From: Cyclobacteriaceae bacterium
GTDB lineage: Bacteria > Bacteroidota > Bacteroidia > Cytophagales > Cyclobacteriaceae
Length of the DNA stretch: 64,000 bases
NCBI GenBank assembly: GCA_020436165.1
Contig: JAGQYI010000076.1
Location: forward strand, 99,555 to 163,554
Direction: 5' to 3'
Position 1 is the first letter of the stretch, and each line of letters opens with the position of its first letter. The notes beneath the pieces are model-generated. The model ran no database searches and was not told the DNA's origin. It saw nothing but the letters and a program-made list of their open reading frames with translations. Of this stretch, positions 62,274 through 64,000 are shown in pieces. The translations under genes were made by a program, and so were the position numbers.

Positions 62274-63142
62274 TGAAAGAGCTCGAAGGACTTGGCGTGG
62301 CGTTGGTTACACCATTCAATGAAAACGGAAGCATTGATTTCAATGGCTTAGAAAGACTTTTAGAGCACACATATAAAGGAGGTGTTGATTACTGGGTAGT
62401 CATGGGGTCAACCGGAGAAGCCGCAACCCTTTCTGAAAAAGAACAGGTGGAAATATTAAGTTTCGTTACCCATCATAATCCGGGCAACCTGCCTATTGTT
62501 TTCGGAATTGGAGGAAACAATACCCAATTGCTGGTTCAGCGTTTAAAAGAAACCGATTTAAGTGGTGTTACAGCAGTTTTATCATCATCTCCTGCCTATA
62601 ATAAGCCTTCCCAATTGGGTATTATCGCACATTTTAAAGAACTGGCTGATAACTCTCCTAAGCCTATTTTATTATACAATGTACCTGGAAGAACTTCTTC
62701 CAACATGCTTGCTAAAACTACCATTGAGCTTTCATTGCACCCAAACATAATAGGTATTAAGGAGGCCTCAGCAGACCTCTTGCAGATACTTGAAATTGCA
62801 GAAAGTACCTCGGATGATTTTTTGGTGACTTCTGGTGATGACCTGCTTACACCTGCTATTACCAGTATTGGAGGCAAAGGCCTGATATCAGTTATGGCAA
62901 ATGCCAAACCAAATGAATTTAAAAGAATGGTGCATAGTGCACTGGATGGTGATTTTGCTACCAGTAGAAGAATCGCTAGCAGCCTTCTTCAACTTAATAG
63001 TTTAATGTACAAAGAGGGCAACCCAGCAGGGGTTAAAGAATTGCTCAATCAAATGAACATATGCAAAAATCATGTTCGTCTGCCACTTGTTCCGGCTTCA
63101 GATAGTTTGTCGAAAGAAATTGCCAGCGCTGCAAAAAAATAA
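62273..63142 (+). CDS. dapA: 4-hydroxy-tetrahydrodipicolinate synthase
   Basis: DapA motifs (GSTGE, catalytic Lys in GIKEAS). Confidence 0.9.
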
Positions 63143-63172
63143 AGGCGACTAGAAAGCCGCCTTTATTTAAAA
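63143..63172. terminator. bidirectional Rho-independent terminator
   Basis: aaaggcgactagaaagccgcctttattt between convergent dapA and histone-like gene. Confidence 0.6.
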
Positions 63173-63189
63173 TTTATAAATCGTTAATG

Positions 63190-63363
63190 TTAGCCGTTCT
63201 TTTTGTTCTGAACCTCTACACGAATAGCTTGAGCCATGTTTTTCAACTCTTGCATTCCTTTCCTAACTCTTGTTCCAGCTGCGTTGTTCCCTTTATCATA
63301 GAACTTTTCGAAATCAGCTTCAAGTCCATCAACTAGGCTTTTTAAGTCATTAAATTTTCCCAT
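63190..63363 (-). CDS. histone H1-like small DNA-binding protein (57 aa, missing from ORF track because below the length cutoff)
   Basis: Translation MGKFNDLKSLVDGLEADFEKFYDKGNNAAGTRVRKGMQELKNMAQAIRVEVQNKKNG has the KAAGTRVRK core of Bacteroidetes histone H1-like proteins. Confidence 0.6.
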   Translation of the reverse strand: MGKFNDLKSLVDGLEADFEKFYDKGNNAAGTRVRKGMQELKNMAQAIRVEVQNKKNG

Positions 63364-63467
63364 TTCAGTTTAAAGTTTTAAGGTTATTGATAATTCTTTA
63401 AAATATTTATGAAGGCAATATAGTCAAAATGTGCATAAAACAACACTCTAACGCATTTTTTTGCCTC

Positions 63468-64000
63468 TTATTCGCTAAATTCTACGAGTTTTTGTTCTCG
63501 ATAGTAGCCATCGTCAAGCTTTTTCTTAATATCTACAAAAGCAGTAATAGTTTGTTCTACATCCTGAAGCGTATGCACTGCTGTTGGAATAATCCTAAGA
63601 ATAATGGTTCCTCTTGGCACTACAGGATAGATTACCACAGAGCAGAAAATACCATAATTTTCACGCAAATCCATCGCCAAATTAGCAGCTTCTCCCACTG
63701 TTCCATTAAGCACTACAGGTGTTACAGGGCTCTTAGTGGTACCAATATTGAAGCCGTTCTTTCTATAGCCATCCTGCAAAGCATTAACTATTTTCCAAAG
63801 GTTTTCTTTCAATTCAGGTTGGGTACGAAGCAATTCAAGTCGTTTTAAAGCGCCCTGAACCAATGGCATGGGTACTGATTTAGCAAAAATCTGCGATCTG
63901 GTATTAAAGCGCAGGTATTCAATTATGCCTTTATCTCCTGCAATGAACGCTCCAATACTCGCCATTGATTTTGCAAATGTTGAAAAATAAAGATCTATCT
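63468..64000 (-). CDS. PLP-dependent alpha-oxoamine synthase family acyltransferase (BioF/Kbl/SPT-like), C-terminal part only; gene continues beyond window end
   Basis: C-terminal domain similarity. The ORF-track Met at 63965 is internal and the open frame continues to 64000. Confidence 0.65.
   Translation of the reverse strand, partial: IDLYFSTFAKSMASIGAFIAGDKGIIEYLRFNTRSQIFAKSVPMPLVQGALKRLELLRTQPELKENLWKIVNALQDGYRKNGFNIGTTKSPVTPVVLNGTVGEAANLAMDLRENYGIFCSVVIYPVVPRGTIILRIIPTAVHTLQDVEQTITAFVDIKKKLDDGYYREQKLVEFSE

Overview
This 64-kb window reads as chromosomal DNA from a Bacteroidetes genome, probably a marine Cytophagia or Flavobacteriia-type heterotroph. The evidence is a SusC/SusD pair, lipoprotein signal peptides, roughly 40% GC and AT-rich promoter regions. 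Coding density is high. The first half (1-33 kb) holds housekeeping and transport genes and one complete beta-glucan (laminarin-type) polysaccharide utilization locus (PUL). That locus runs SusC, SusD, PKD-domain surface protein, GH16 with a Calx-beta domain, and GH3, with a divergently encoded one-component transmembrane LuxR-type regulator. A flotillin/NfeD pair follows. From about 34 kb to 56 kb lies a sulfur-metabolism island, and this is the most interesting part of the window. It has three parts. (i) A seven-gene operon: TAT-exported molybdopterin oxidoreductase, 4x[4Fe-4S] subunit and NrfD-type membrane anchor (PsrABC/PhsABC/TtrABC-like), then two half-size YeeE/YedE genes, then two paralogous Cys-less rhodanese-like membrane proteins. 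The only cysteine in each rhodanese-like protein is the C-terminal residue of an identical, protein-level-conserved 16-aa tail (…VVVRKKKKKAAEGGC). A 12-heme c-type cytochrome is encoded divergently. (ii) An intervening repeat-rich region carries REP-like palindromes, a duplicated terminator and a DUF559 endonuclease-like gene flanked by ~105-bp GC-rich direct repeats. (iii) A sulfide/persulfide oxidation module: thioredoxin, SQR-like flavoprotein, Crp/Fnr-family regulator, an active rhodanese lipoprotein with a DUF2892 partner, SulP permease, and a persulfide-dioxygenase/rhodanese fusion. I also found four TGTGA-N6-TCACA palindromes (two perfect, two with one mismatch), each 55-80 bp upstream of a sulfur gene. 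This suggests the co-located Crp-family regulator, which carries a C-x5-CC cluster, controls a sulfide-responsive regulon. The window ends with xseAB, an M1 peptidase, ligA, dapA, an unannotated 57-aa histone-H1-like gene and a truncated PLP-dependent acyltransferase. No rRNA, tRNA or CRISPR was found.
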